The notes under the pieces are model-generated. The model saw only the letters and a program-made list of their open reading frames with translations, did no database searches and was not told the DNA's origin. Source: a virus (taxonomy: Duplodnaviria > Heunggongvirae > Uroviricota > Caudoviricetes). From it: a stretch of DNA of 35,065 nucleotides. Position numbers and translations under genes: made by a program. The DNA lies in the IMG/VR virus record IMGVR_UViG_2778261624_000006, one strand, 5' to 3'. Below are positions 24,264 to 33,094 of the stretch, in pieces (position 1 is the first letter of the stretch; every line of letters begins with the position of its first letter).

Positions 24264-24725
24264 CTATCTGCACTGCTCATTAATATACTTCTGGGTTCCT
24301 TCCAGTTGTTTTTGCATAGTGATCAGCCTCTCTCTGAGGGTGAAATAATCCCGTTCAGCGGTGTCTGCCAGTCGGGGGGAGGCTGCATTATCCACGCCGG
24401 AGGCGGTGGTGGCTTCACGCACTGACTGACAGACTGCTTTGATGTGCAACCGACGACGACCAGCGGCAACATCATCACGCAGAGCATCATTTTCAGCTTT
24501 CGCATCAGCTAACTCCTTCGTGTATTTTGCATCGAGCGCAGCAACATCACGCTGACGCATCTGCATGTCAGTAATTGCCGCGTTCGCCAGCTTCAGTTCT
24601 CTGGCATTTTTGTCGCGCTGGGCTTTGTAGGTAATGGCGTTATCACGGTAATGATTAACAGCCCATGACAGGCAGACGATGATGCAGATAACCAGAGCGG
24701 AGATAATCGCGGTTACTCTGTTCAT
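24264..24725 (-). CDS. Rz: i-spanin Rz
   Basis: 153-aa reading from [17 protein letters not shown] matches lambda Rz; N-terminal transmembrane segment and coiled coil. Confidence 0.9.
   Translation of the reverse strand: MNRVTAIISALVICIIVCLSWAVNHYRDNAITYKAQRDKNARELKLANAAITDMQMRQRDVAALDAKYTKELADAKAENDALRDDVAAGRRRLHIKAVCQSVREATTASGVDNAASPRLADTAERDYFTLRERLITMQKQLEGTQKYINEQCR
24323..24505 (-). CDS. Rz1: o-spanin Rz1 lipoprotein, embedded in the +1 frame of Rz
   Basis: 60 aa with lipobox VVVGC and a proline-rich stretch; entirely inside Rz. Confidence 0.9.
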   Translation of the reverse strand: MRKLKMMLCVMMLPLVVVGCTSKQSVSQCVKPPPPPAWIMQPPPDWQTPLNGIISPSERG

Positions 24726-25219
24726 TGCTGACCCCACAAACAGATTTCACGCTCAATCTCACGACGAGTCATGAGACCTTTCCATTGCTTACCGCCAGCA
24801 TATGTCCAGCGACGTAGCTGATCACATGCGCCTTTGATATCGCCCTGGTTTATTTTGCGAAGAAGCGTCGATGTTCTGAAATTGCCAGCACCCACGTTGT
24901 AAACGAATGAGTAAAGAGCGCCGCGCATTGTTTCCGGTATATCGACTTTGATGTACGGGTTAATTTGTCTGGCGACCGTGGCAAGGTCTTTATTCAGGAG
25001 GGCTTTGCATTCTGCTTTGGTATACGTTTTACCGAGCATGATGTCTTTTCCTGTATGCCCGTGACATACAGTCCATACACCAACAATATCTTTGTATGGT
25101 ATGTAGCTGACACCTTCCAGACCATCGTTACCACTTGGGCCAGTGATTAACACTGATGCTATAGCAATTGCTCCGCCACCAATAGCAGCAGCAACGGCTT
25201 TTCGTAATGATGGAGGCAT
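24722..25219 (-). CDS. R: SAR endolysin (T4-type lysozyme, glycoside hydrolase family 24; phage 21 R-like)
   Basis: N-terminal Gly/Ala-rich signal-anchor-release segment [20 protein letters not shown]; catalytic E, D and T spacing typical of T4-type lysozyme; ATGA overlap with S. Confidence 0.9.
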   Translation of the reverse strand: MPPSLRKAVAAAIGGGAIAIASVLITGPSGNDGLEGVSYIPYKDIVGVWTVCHGHTGKDIMLGKTYTKAECKALLNKDLATVARQINPYIKVDIPETMRGALYSFVYNVGAGNFRTSTLLRKINQGDIKGACDQLRRWTYAGGKQWKGLMTRREIEREICLWGQQ

Positions 25220-25434
25220 TATTCACCTCTCGCAGCCTTGCGCTTATCTTCTTTAATCTTGAAATAAAGGTTTGTCAGGTACGTCAGCAGGCCAAATACC
25301 AGGCTACCCAGCACACCTATTGCTGCCCACTGTGAGGGCGTGACTTTATCGAGCAGCTGTAAAAACCAGTAACCGGCACTACCTGCTGAGGTGCCATAGG
25401 CGACACCCGTTGTTAACTTATCCATGGATTTCAT
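25219..25434 (-). CDS. S: pinholin S (phage 21 S-like), dual-start motif MKSMDK
   Basis: 71-aa reading with two transmembrane segments and a basic C-terminus; matches S21 as recalled; ORF track extends further 5' to 25479. Confidence 0.88.
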
Positions 25435-25560
25435 AACCCCACCTCGCAGACAAAGCGGGTGTAAATTGAGGGAATACAACGTATCGCAAAAAAGCAGAAA
25501 CGTAACAGACTCGGAGTCAGTGAATAACTCAGGTATTGGGTTATCAGCTAATATCGAGAC

Positions 25561-25592
25561 TCAAAAAATGGAAAAACCCGCTCGACGGCGGG
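25561..25592 (-). terminator. putative intrinsic terminator upstream of S on the late strand (candidate tR')
   Basis: Hairpin CCCGC-loop-GCGGG followed on the minus strand by TTTTTCCATTTTTT. Confidence 0.45.
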
Positions 25593-26023
25593 TTTAAGCT
25601 GTGTGACGAAGTAACCACTCTTAACAGCATAACCAATTTTTTACGTACGTAAACCACAAAATGATATTTGCGAGAATGCTACCGAGTATTGAAAACACCA
25701 CTACAAATACATAAGCAAATCTCAACAAATAACCAACAAATAATTTCCAGTGTTATTTTTAGCCGATTTAAATTGAACCTTCAAATTACAGAGCACTTAT
25801 AAATAACATCCGTTAATATAAATTGGCTAATAGATTTATTTTTATTCAGCCAAGATCCATGAATAGGATTCGATAGAAAAAAGTTCAGATAAAAATAGAG
25901 ATCTACTTCACAAATCAAACGAGAAACCAAAACTTACATCTTGAAATAATCACATTGATTAGATGAATATTTATCGCGCAGTGACATCATTTTTTAATAA
26001 TAGTTCAAAAAAAAGGGCTCACG

Positions 26024-27106
26024 ATGAAAAAATTAACAGTGGCAATTTCTGCTGTAGCTGCATCAGTACTGATGGCGATGTCTGCTCAGGCAGCTGAAAT
26101 TTATAATAAAGACAGTAACAAGCTGGATCTATATGGGAAAGTTAATGCCAAGCACTACTTCTCCTCTAATGATGCAGATGATGGTGATACTACTTATGCC
26201 CGTCTTGGCTTCAAAGGTGAAACCCAAATCAACGATCAACTGACTGGTTTCGGTCAGTGGGAATATGAATTCAAAGGCAACCGCGCTGAATCTCAAGGCT
26301 CCTCCAAAGACAAAACCCGTCTTGCATTTGCAGGCCTGAAATTCGGGGACTACGGCTCAATCGATTACGGCCGTAACTACGGTGTAGCATATGACATCGG
26401 TGCGTGGACTGACGTTCTGCCAGAATTCGGTGGCGATACCTGGACCCAAACAGATGTGTTCATGACTGGTCGCACCACTGGTGTTGCAACTTATCGTAAC
26501 AACGACTTCTTTGGTCTGGTTGATGGTCTGAACTTTGCTGCTCAGTATCAGGGTAAAAATGACCGCACTGACGTAACTGAAGCTAATGGTGATGGTTTCG
26601 GTTTCTCCACTACTTATGAGTATGAAGGATTCGGTGTAGGTGCAACCTATGCTAAATCTGACCGCACTAATAATCAGGTTATCTACGGTAACAACAGCCT
26701 GAATGCATCTGGTCAAAATGCTGAAGTATGGGCAGCTGGTCTGAAATATGATGCGAACAACATCTATCTGGCTACCACCTATTCTGAAACCCAGAACATG
26801 ACTGTTTTTGGTAATAACCATATTGCCAACAAAGCACAAAACTTCGAAGTAGTTGCACAATATCAGTTCGACTTCGGTCTGCGTCCGTCCGTTGCTTACC
26901 TGCAATCTAAAGGAAAAGACTTGGGTGCGTGGGGTGATCAGGACCTGGTTGAATATATTGATGTAGGTGCAACCTATTACTTCAACAAAAATATGTCCAC
27001 TTTTGTTGATTACAAAATCAACCTGATTGATAAGAGCGATTTCACGAAAGCATCTGGCGTTGCTACCGATGATATCGTTGCTGTAGGTATGGTTTACCAG
27101 TTCTAA
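26024..27106 (+). CDS. nmpC: phage-encoded general porin (OmpC/OmpF family; NmpC/Lc-like)
   Basis: 360 aa; signal peptide ending AQA; 16-strand porin signature with C-terminal YQF; sits between Q and S on the opposite strand as in DLP12 and PA-2. Confidence 0.9.
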   Translation: MKKLTVAISAVAASVLMAMSAQAAEIYNKDSNKLDLYGKVNAKHYFSSNDADDGDTTYARLGFKGETQINDQLTGFGQWEYEFKGNRAESQGSSKDKTRLAFAGLKFGDYGSIDYGRNYGVAYDIGAWTDVLPEFGGDTWTQTDVFMTGRTTGVATYRNNDFFGLVDGLNFAAQYQGKNDRTDVTEANGDGFGFSTTYEYEGFGVGATYAKSDRTNNQVIYGNNSLNASGQNAEVWAAGLKYDANNIYLATTYSETQNMTVFGNNHIANKAQNFEVVAQYQFDFGLRPSVAYLQSKGKDLGAWGDQDLVEYIDVGATYYFNKNMSTFVDYKINLIDKSDFTKASGVATDDIVAVGMVYQF

Positions 27107-27243
27107 TTTGATTACTAAAAGATATGTTGCGGGAGGCTTTGCCTCCCCAACATATAAGTGGCTCCCTCAAGCCACTTCCTTTAGGAGCACAACCTTGCTT
27201 CTAACTATATAAACCTTCTGTTATATATTACCCTTTATTTTTG

Positions 27244-27277
27244 GGGGCGTTGCAACGCCCCATTTTTAATAATTTTT
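27244..27277 (+). terminator. rho-independent terminator downstream of the porin gene
   Basis: GGGGCGTTGCAACGCCCC hairpin followed by ATTTTTAATAATTTTT on the plus strand. Confidence 0.6.
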
Positions 27278-27294
27278 AGTAAACAATTGGCATA

Positions 27295-27678
27295 TTAATT
27301 AGAGTTATTAACAACGATATCCATCTCTAACCGGATATCTAATGCCATTAACATCCCTTCAATTATGCCCTCAGCCTTCTGTAACCTTTTCCCGATATAA
27401 CCATCAGAGCAGCAATGCTTACCTGCCAGTGACATGAATGTCATACCGACTACATAATAATCTACTAATAAATCGTGCAAATCGCTGTTGTTCTTTTTCA
27501 GACGGGCCATGCACCCGCAAATAATCATCGCGTCATCGTCACAACATTGCGGGCGAGATTTTACTTTTGAAGTAATTAATCCCTTAAAACCGGCGGCAAT
27601 GGACGACCAGGTCACATCTTCATGATTATTAGCCGCCCACGCTCCCCAACGCTCAAGAACCATCTGAATATCACGCAT
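27295..27678 (-). CDS. quuD: late gene antiterminator Q (phage 82 / QuuD type); ORF track extends to 27693
   Basis: Cys-rich zinc-binding region ([20 protein letters not shown]); position directly before the late region; matches DLP12 QuuD as recalled. Confidence 0.85.
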   Translation of the reverse strand: MRDIQMVLERWGAWAANNHEDVTWSSIAAGFKGLITSKVKSRPQCCDDDAMIICGCMARLKKNNSDLHDLLVDYYVVGMTFMSLAGKHCCSDGYIGKRLQKAEGIIEGMLMALDIRLEMDIVVNNSN

Positions 27679-27763
27679 CAACTTACTCCACAAAACTCAG
27701 ACCAGAACGCCAATTACAAGCAAAAATCAACAAAACAGTATTAGTTGATTGTTATCTCTGACT

Positions 27764-27886
27764 TCATACTCCTGCTCCTGTCAGTGTTTTGGCGTAATTC
27801 TTCAGTATTCGGTAATCGGTCAAAACAGAGCCGGGGAAACGATATAAGCGCAGACGCCCCCAGCGGTGGCGAAGAAGTTCTGCCAT
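27764..27886 (-). CDS. small hypothetical ORF (40 aa) between rusA and Q, possibly YlcG-like
   Basis: Hand-translated ORF MAELLRHRWGRLRLYRFPGSVLTDYRILKNYAKTLTGAGV; not in the ORF track because shorter than 60 aa. Confidence 0.3.
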   Translation of the reverse strand: MAELLRHRWGRLRLYRFPGSVLTDYRILKNYAKTLTGAGV

Positions 27887-27900
27887 ATTAAACTCAAACA

Positions 27901-28263
27901 TCATTCATTCCCCATTTCGGTGATGGTCAGTTCCAGCCTCCCACCTTTGGTAACAGGCATCTTCACAACGCGGTAATCAACGACCTGAGCATCATCCAGC
28001 CAGAAACCTGCTTTAGTGAGTGCGTCAAAAGCGGCTTTTTGCAGATTATCCAGGTCACGGCGACGGCGATCCGGCATGTGGCACTCAATGCGGATTTTCA
28101 CAGGCATAGCCAGGCCGATATCCAGCATTGCGTTTTTAATGATTCGGGCGACGTTATCGCGGTATGCCTGCCCCTCTGCGCTGACGTGCGTGCGCCCGCG
28201 ATTATGGCGGTAATAGCGATTATTGCTCGGAGGCCAGGGTAATGTGATGCTGTAGGTATTCAC
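27901..28263 (-). CDS. rusA: Holliday junction resolvase RusA
   Basis: 120 aa; matches E. coli RusA as recalled; nin-region position. Confidence 0.9.
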   Translation of the reverse strand: MNTYSITLPWPPSNNRYYRHNRGRTHVSAEGQAYRDNVARIIKNAMLDIGLAMPVKIRIECHMPDRRRRDLDNLQKAAFDALTKAGFWLDDAQVVDYRVVKMPVTKGGRLELTITEMGNE

Positions 28264-28550
28264 GCCTTAATAACCCCCTCTTTCAGCCAGATAACCTGTG
28301 TTCTCGCCATACCTTCCAGCGCGCATTCTTTTGCATATGCAGCATCGACAAAATGTGTGCGGCGGTCGATTTCGTCGTGGCAGGCAGAACATGCAATGGT
28401 GGCAATCAGGTCTGGCGGTTTGGTACCGGTGCCGCACAATCCAGTCAGCCGGATATGTGCCAGTACAGACGTTTCAGGGTTGCCATTACATACGCCAGGG
28501 ATTCTTACCTGGCATTCCCGACTACGCGCTGCTTTTCTCAAATCAGCCAT
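28260..28550 (-). CDS. ybcO: nin-region protein YbcO (DUF1364, putative nuclease), 96-aa reading from MADLRK
   Basis: Cys-rich motif [14 protein letters not shown]...CSACHDEID; the start overlaps the ninE stop (ATGGCTGA). Confidence 0.8.
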   Translation of the reverse strand: MADLRKAARSRECQVRIPGVCNGNPETSVLAHIRLTGLCGTGTKPPDLIATIACSACHDEIDRRTHFVDAAYAKECALEGMARTQVIWLKEGVIKA

Positions 28551-28713
28551 GATTCCTCCTTGCTGCCAGTCGCAACCATTTTTTATCAACCAGGCTGGCG
28601 GTATATCCGAGCAGTGTTGGTATTTCGGAAGGCTTCAGCTCCGGTTTACGCTTACGACGATCTGGTACTCTGTAGATGTGTCCGTTCATGACACGAATAA
28701 GCGGTGTAGCCAT
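28543..28713 (-). CDS. ninE: NinE-like small protein (56 aa)
   Basis: Hand-translated: [56 protein letters not shown]; start overlaps the ybcN stop (TAATG); below the ORF track size cut-off. Confidence 0.6.
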   Translation of the reverse strand: MATPLIRVMNGHIYRVPDRRKRKPELKPSEIPTLLGYTASLVDKKWLRLAARRNHG

Positions 28714-29168
28714 TACGCCTCCTGCTTGTCGCGGAGCAGCTGGAACTCGCAGCTCTGCGGAATAGTCAGGTGGCAGCCAATATTCACCGCCCAGGCTTCA
28801 ACCTTACACAGGAAGACATACATCTCTCCGGTATCAAGATCGGAGGTATGGCGTAACGACTGGATAGTGGTGATATCACCGGTTACGACATCAACCAGGT
28901 CTTTGGTTTCATAACCGAGATATGTGTGTTTGAGAGCATCTTTTACCCAAGCTGGAGTAGCGAACGTTTTACCCCTGCTGATGAGGTATTCACTGATTTC
29001 GCTGTACCACATGTGGCTGAGTGCATTCTGGGAAAGACTGCGTTTCTCACGCCACGGTTTAAGCACCATGCGAAAGCATTTGCCCTCCTCCAGATAAGGC
29101 TGGATCTGCCGACCGATAGCGGTGAAGTTACCGCGATGTAATTTGATGCCATCTTGTGGGAGATTCAC
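28713..29168 (-). CDS. ybcN: YbcN-like nin-region protein (DLP12 ybcN homolog, DNA base-flipping protein), GTG start
   Basis: 151 aa; matches DLP12 YbcN as recalled; not lambda NinB. Confidence 0.8.
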   Translation of the reverse strand: MNLPQDGIKLHRGNFTAIGRQIQPYLEEGKCFRMVLKPWREKRSLSQNALSHMWYSEISEYLISRGKTFATPAWVKDALKHTYLGYETKDLVDVVTGDITTIQSLRHTSDLDTGEMYVFLCKVEAWAVNIGCHLTIPQSCEFQLLRDKQEA

Positions 29169-29266
29169 GCTTCACCTCCGCAGAGGTCAAACGCTGGATA
29201 CAATATATCGCAGGTGCATTTCTGCATCTGTGGAGGGAGAAGAGAGTTTGGATTGTGTGTGCGCAT
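29165..29266 (-). CDS. small hypothetical ORF (33 aa), possibly YlcH-like
   Basis: Hand-translated [33 protein letters not shown]; stop overlaps the ybcN start; very short, so weak. Confidence 0.3.
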   Translation of the reverse strand: MRTHNPNSLLPPQMQKCTCDILYPAFDLCGGEA

Positions 29267-29355
29267 AAACGTCCCCGTTTAGCGCAGAAGTCACCGGAGT
29301 TGTTCAGGCTCCGATGACATGATTATGGCGAGTTGATTATCGCAAATCAAAGGTT

Positions 29356-29712
29356 TTAATTGTGCTTTATTCCTTCAAGCGTTGCCTTCATACCAACCAA
29401 AGAAATGTTTAGCTCTCCAACTTTCTCAGGGCTATATAATTCAGAATGAAGCCAATATTCTGATTTATCTAAACATCTTTTAGCCAGCTCTCGATCAAAG
29501 TCTACGACTTGGGAAGACGCTTCATACCAAAGCCTATAAAGTTTTTCTTCTTCGTTTGGGTTATTAGGCTCACCACGTTTTAATTTTTCAGTATATAAAA
29601 TTGTTGAATAAATCGCAGGAGTTAATCCAGTGATTGCCCTCTGCCGCAGATCGGATTTGTTTGTTATCCACCCCAACAGACGATCTCCCATCCATGTGAT
29701 AATTGTATCCAT
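29356..29712 (-). CDS. hypothetical protein (118 aa), no family recognised; AT-rich gene
   Basis: Clean ORF with plausible start; no transmembrane segment or signal peptide; no motif I can place. Confidence 0.6.
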   Translation of the reverse strand: MDTIITWMGDRLLGWITNKSDLRQRAITGLTPAIYSTILYTEKLKRGEPNNPNEEEKLYRLWYEASSQVVDFDRELAKRCLDKSEYWLHSELYSPEKVGELNISLVGMKATLEGIKHN

Positions 29713-30173
29713 GCTTTAGCCCTTCTTAGTAAATAGTGTGTAGGGCGACTGAAGGACCGAGTTTATGCTTTTTCGCATTGCTTTCAGTTAGTACACCGGT
29801 ATCGCACCGGAAACAATCCTACGGCAAATTGGTTGTCTGACCTCTCGGTTTTTCGTGCATTAACCGATACCCACTACAGTCTCGGCGAAAGCTGCACACC
29901 CCCAGGGTGTACTGGTAGCACTCGGCACAGCCTAGCACGCCACTTTCTTCTCACTATCCAGTCTAATTTTATCCCCTAGTCAGACACTCAGATGTAGTGC
30001 TCCGCAGCGGCATGCGGGGGAATACAAAAACTCGGACAAAATTGGGCCCTCCTTTTTGAATCACTCGCGGGGATGTAGTTATTAATACATGGAAAAAGAT
30101 CTGTTTTCAAATCCAACATTATATGGTTTCAATACCACGGGGTGGCTATGTGTTTCTCATTGTTAATTGGAAT

Positions 30174-30497
30174 CTACTGTAATCGATCCGAACGTAAATG
30201 CGGCAAAACTCGACTCCACTTATCATCCTGCCACGGCCGGAATTTTACATGTGCCGTTTCTCTGGCAAGGATTGCCTGTGCCTTATTGAGTATCTGGGGA
30301 TATTCTTGCTCGATAGAAGTGAAGCGACCAGCTTCACGATGCTCCGCAACCTGAAGAAGAGGAGTAACGTTCTGGTAGGTAATTAACATCACATTCCCTG
30401 CTCGCCATAACCAGGCGAGTGTGCAAAGTTCGTTATCAGTGAATTGTTTTGTGATTGGGTATTGTTGAACTGCTAGAACGAGAACGCCAGCATCCAT
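30174..30497 (-). CDS. hypothetical protein (107 aa), no family recognised
   Basis: Clean ORF; an extended -10 promoter-like element lies upstream; no recognisable motif. Confidence 0.6.
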   Translation of the reverse strand: MDAGVLVLAVQQYPITKQFTDNELCTLAWLWRAGNVMLITYQNVTPLLQVAEHREAGRFTSIEQEYPQILNKAQAILARETAHVKFRPWQDDKWSRVLPHLRSDRLQ

Positions 30498-30575
30498 TGG
30501 CAGTCTCTATAGTAAAACCATAGCTCAGGACGCTTCGTTCAGGATAGATAATTTTATTGTACTTACCTAACTTTC

Positions 30576-30590
30576 TTATTATAGCACGGT
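30576..30590 (-). promoter_or_regulatory. candidate extended -10 promoter (TGcTATAAT) for the 107-aa gene
   Basis: Minus strand reads GTGCTATAATAAG about 80 nt upstream of the ATG at 30497; no good -35 element. Confidence 0.4.
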
Positions 30591-30608
30591 TGAAAAAGTG
30601 ATTATTAC

Positions 30609-32135
30609 TCAAAAATAAACCTCACCATCAACCATATATTTGAGAGTACTTATCGCCTGCTGGGCGGATATTGTTTTCATTAAAGGATAGTGTTTAAAAA
30701 CAATGCCATTCATAAAATAGATATCACAGGTTTTATTATCTGTATTGATTATGATTTTTTCGAATGTTTTATAGGCAAGTGTACGACATAGCTCTCGCCC
30801 ATTTTTACTGGTTAAGTCAATAGCATGAAAATCACCAAGTGAACTCACCGCTTTACTCTTCAAAGTTTTTAATGATACAGAAGCCCTTCGTAATTCCTTA
30901 TCTAATACTCTGATTTTTTCTGCTATAGCGGTAACTTCAGGCGCAACAGATAATGCAGCAATTAAATTATTAATTTTCATGTGGAGCTCAATAATTTTCA
31001 ACTCTAAAGTTTCATTAGCATCTTTCTTGTTTTCAACTGGTTGGATTTTACTACAATTAAAAAGCAACTCATTAATGATATTATAATCAACCAAATCTCT
31101 CTTTATTGATGGCCTGTCACATCGATGCAGTCTTCTCATCGGACAAACATAATAGCCATGCAAACTTCCAGATACCGCATGAACAATCATGGTATTACCA
31201 CAAGCCTCGCACTTCATAACTGTTCGAAGTAGATTTATCAACATAGGATTTTTGCTACTATTGCTAATACCAAAAGGTGCCAACCGAATTTCCTGTACAG
31301 CGTAAAACAAATCATCTGATATGACTCTGGGATAATAGCCAGCGATTTCACTTATTCCTTTACCTCTTGCACGATATGAAGGTACGCATATACCTATCAG
31401 AGCTTTATTCGCTAATAATTTTTCAATTACAGAAGGTCCCCATGCACTTTCTTTTCCTGAGAAATTCTTTACAGCATGATCATTTAAATACTTGGCTATT
31501 GCATTCAATGAGCGCCTTTCCATCCTGAGTTTAAAAATTAGCTCAATAGTTTTCACCCTGTCGGGGTCTGGAACAAAAGCCGTTCTTTTGTCATCTAAGG
31601 AGAGCCATCTCGGACAAGACGCCGTCATAATCGTACCTGATTCCAGTGCATCCTGCCGTTTTTTCTTCCATGATAATTTAACCCGACTTGACTTTATCTC
31701 GCTTTCTTCATTTGCCCTTTGTGCTATAAGTATGGCTTTTATTAATGAATATGGCTCATTCAAAGAGTCAATATTATAGACTGTATTGTCGCAAAGAGTT
31801 ATAACATCAATACCGTGATTCAAAATCAATTTCAGACGTTCAATCGCTTCACCGACTTTTTCTCTTGAAAGTCTGTCCAGACTTTCAACTAACAATGTAG
31901 TTCCTGGCAATATATAACCATGCTCTATAGCATCTAAAAATTCCGAAAAAGCTCCTGATTGTGCATGCTTTCCTTTGAATGCACTTAATCCTAAATCTTC
32001 ATATGTTATGGTATCAAGATAATAATCACTATTTACCTTTAACCATTCAGCAATAAGTCTTCTCTGTCGGTTTAATGAGTCGCCAGACATCTGACCTGGT
32101 GATGAAAATCGCATATATGCTATGGCTTTTTTCAT
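30609..32135 (-). CDS. ybcK: large serine recombinase (resolvase-type catalytic domain, recombinase domain, zinc ribbon); YbcK-like
   Basis: N-terminal AIAYMRFSSPGQ...R motif of serine recombinases; Cys cluster CEACGNT...YYVCP...C; 508 aa, the typical large-serine-recombinase size. Confidence 0.85.
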   Translation of the reverse strand: MKKAIAYMRFSSPGQMSGDSLNRQRRLIAEWLKVNSDYYLDTITYEDLGLSAFKGKHAQSGAFSEFLDAIEHGYILPGTTLLVESLDRLSREKVGEAIERLKLILNHGIDVITLCDNTVYNIDSLNEPYSLIKAILIAQRANEESEIKSSRVKLSWKKKRQDALESGTIMTASCPRWLSLDDKRTAFVPDPDRVKTIELIFKLRMERRSLNAIAKYLNDHAVKNFSGKESAWGPSVIEKLLANKALIGICVPSYRARGKGISEIAGYYPRVISDDLFYAVQEIRLAPFGISNSSKNPMLINLLRTVMKCEACGNTMIVHAVSGSLHGYYVCPMRRLHRCDRPSIKRDLVDYNIINELLFNCSKIQPVENKKDANETLELKIIELHMKINNLIAALSVAPEVTAIAEKIRVLDKELRRASVSLKTLKSKAVSSLGDFHAIDLTSKNGRELCRTLAYKTFEKIIINTDNKTCDIYFMNGIVFKHYPLMKTISAQQAISTLKYMVDGEVYF

Positions 32136-32319
32136 GGTGACACCTGCTAACGTATGCTTTTATAAACCTTAGTGGTGGGATATAATTTTTGTTTAATTTT
32201 TATTTAAAAAGACAATTAAGGTCACATTATCTTGAATATACAACAATAATCGTATTGCAATTTTCTTACGCCATAATCTTGAAAGCACAAAAGAATACAT
32301 AAAAAAATAAAGACATTAA

Positions 32320-32360
32320 CAAAAAGCATAAAACGAGGCTCATATAAATATAAGAGCCTC
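32320..32360 (-). terminator. putative rho-independent terminator downstream of emrE
   Basis: Hairpin GAGGCTC-loop-GAGCCTC followed on the minus strand by a T-rich run GTTTTATGCTTTTTGTT. Confidence 0.5.
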
Positions 32361-32391
32361 CATATTTTAGTCGTTTAGAAACAAATTATTT

Positions 32392-32724
32392 TTAATGTGG
32401 TGTGCTTCGTGACAATAAATTAATAACCAACACACCGGCACAAATCAACATCATGCCTATAATGGCTGGCAGGTCCAGCCGTTGGCCGAAAAGTCCCCAT
32501 GACAGTAAGCTAATCAGGACAATACCGACTCCTGACCAGATAGCATAAGCAATCCCTGTAGGAATATAAGCCAGCGTCTGAGCTAATAACCAGAATGATG
32601 CACAATAACAAATAATTGTACCAACAGATGGCCATAACCGTGTAAAACCTTCTGAAAACTTCATTAAGGTTGTACCAATGACCTCTGCAAGTATTGCACC
32701 ACCAAGATAAATATAAGGGTTCAT
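32392..32724 (-). CDS. emrE: SMR-family multidrug efflux transporter EmrE (110-aa reading from MNPYIY; ORF track extends to 32778)
   Basis: Four-transmembrane SMR protein with conserved Glu in TM1 (AILAEVIGT); matches E. coli EmrE as recalled. Confidence 0.92.
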   Translation of the reverse strand: MNPYIYLGGAILAEVIGTTLMKFSEGFTRLWPSVGTIICYCASFWLLAQTLAYIPTGIAYAIWSGVGIVLISLLSWGLFGQRLDLPAIIGMMLICAGVLVINLLSRSTPH

Positions 32725-32791
32725 AGAATATTCTTTCCTGTTCAAACTGGAGAGAATTGTACTACAGTTTGAACTCAACTCACCTGTTTCA

Positions 32792-33094
32792 TCATTGTGT
32801 ACCCATTGATGTTCTTTTATATACCCTCAATACCCGTTTCATCGCGGCACTCTGGCGACACTCCTTAAAAATCAGATTCGTGCTCACCTTTCCTTCCCGT
32901 TCTTCTCTGGTAGCAAACCGGTAATACACCGTTCGCCAGACCTTACCTTCGATAACCAGAAGACCTGCCCGTGCCATTTTAGCCGCAGCCTGATTTATGC
33001 TGGTTACCGTTGCGCCTGTTACCGCGGCAACGTCCTGCGCACAGAATTTCTTATGAGTCCCCAGGTAATGAATAATTGCCTCTTTGCCCGTCAT
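32792..33094 (-). CDS. ren: Ren-like protein
   Basis: 100 aa; matches lambda Ren over most of its length as recalled; immediately follows P with an ATGA overlap. Confidence 0.8.
   Translation of the reverse strand: MTGKEAIIHYLGTHKKFCAQDVAAVTGATVTSINQAAAKMARAGLLVIEGKVWRTVYYRFATREEREGKVSTNLIFKECRQSAAMKRVLRVYKRTSMGTQ

Noticed and set aside
26357-26905. 182-aa minus-strand ORF inside the porin gene
   Set aside because: Antisense to a clean, full-length porin ORF with signal peptide and conserved C-terminus.
29789-29912. 8-bp long-range complementarity (AGTACACC with GGTGTACT) in the spacer as evidence of a folded RNA
   Set aside because: A single 8-bp match is expected by chance in 460 bp; kept only as part of the general spacer observation.
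30095-30125. TTCAAATCC motif resembling a tRNA T-loop in the long spacer
   Set aside because: Flanking bases do not form a T-stem and no acceptor or anticodon arms could be assembled.
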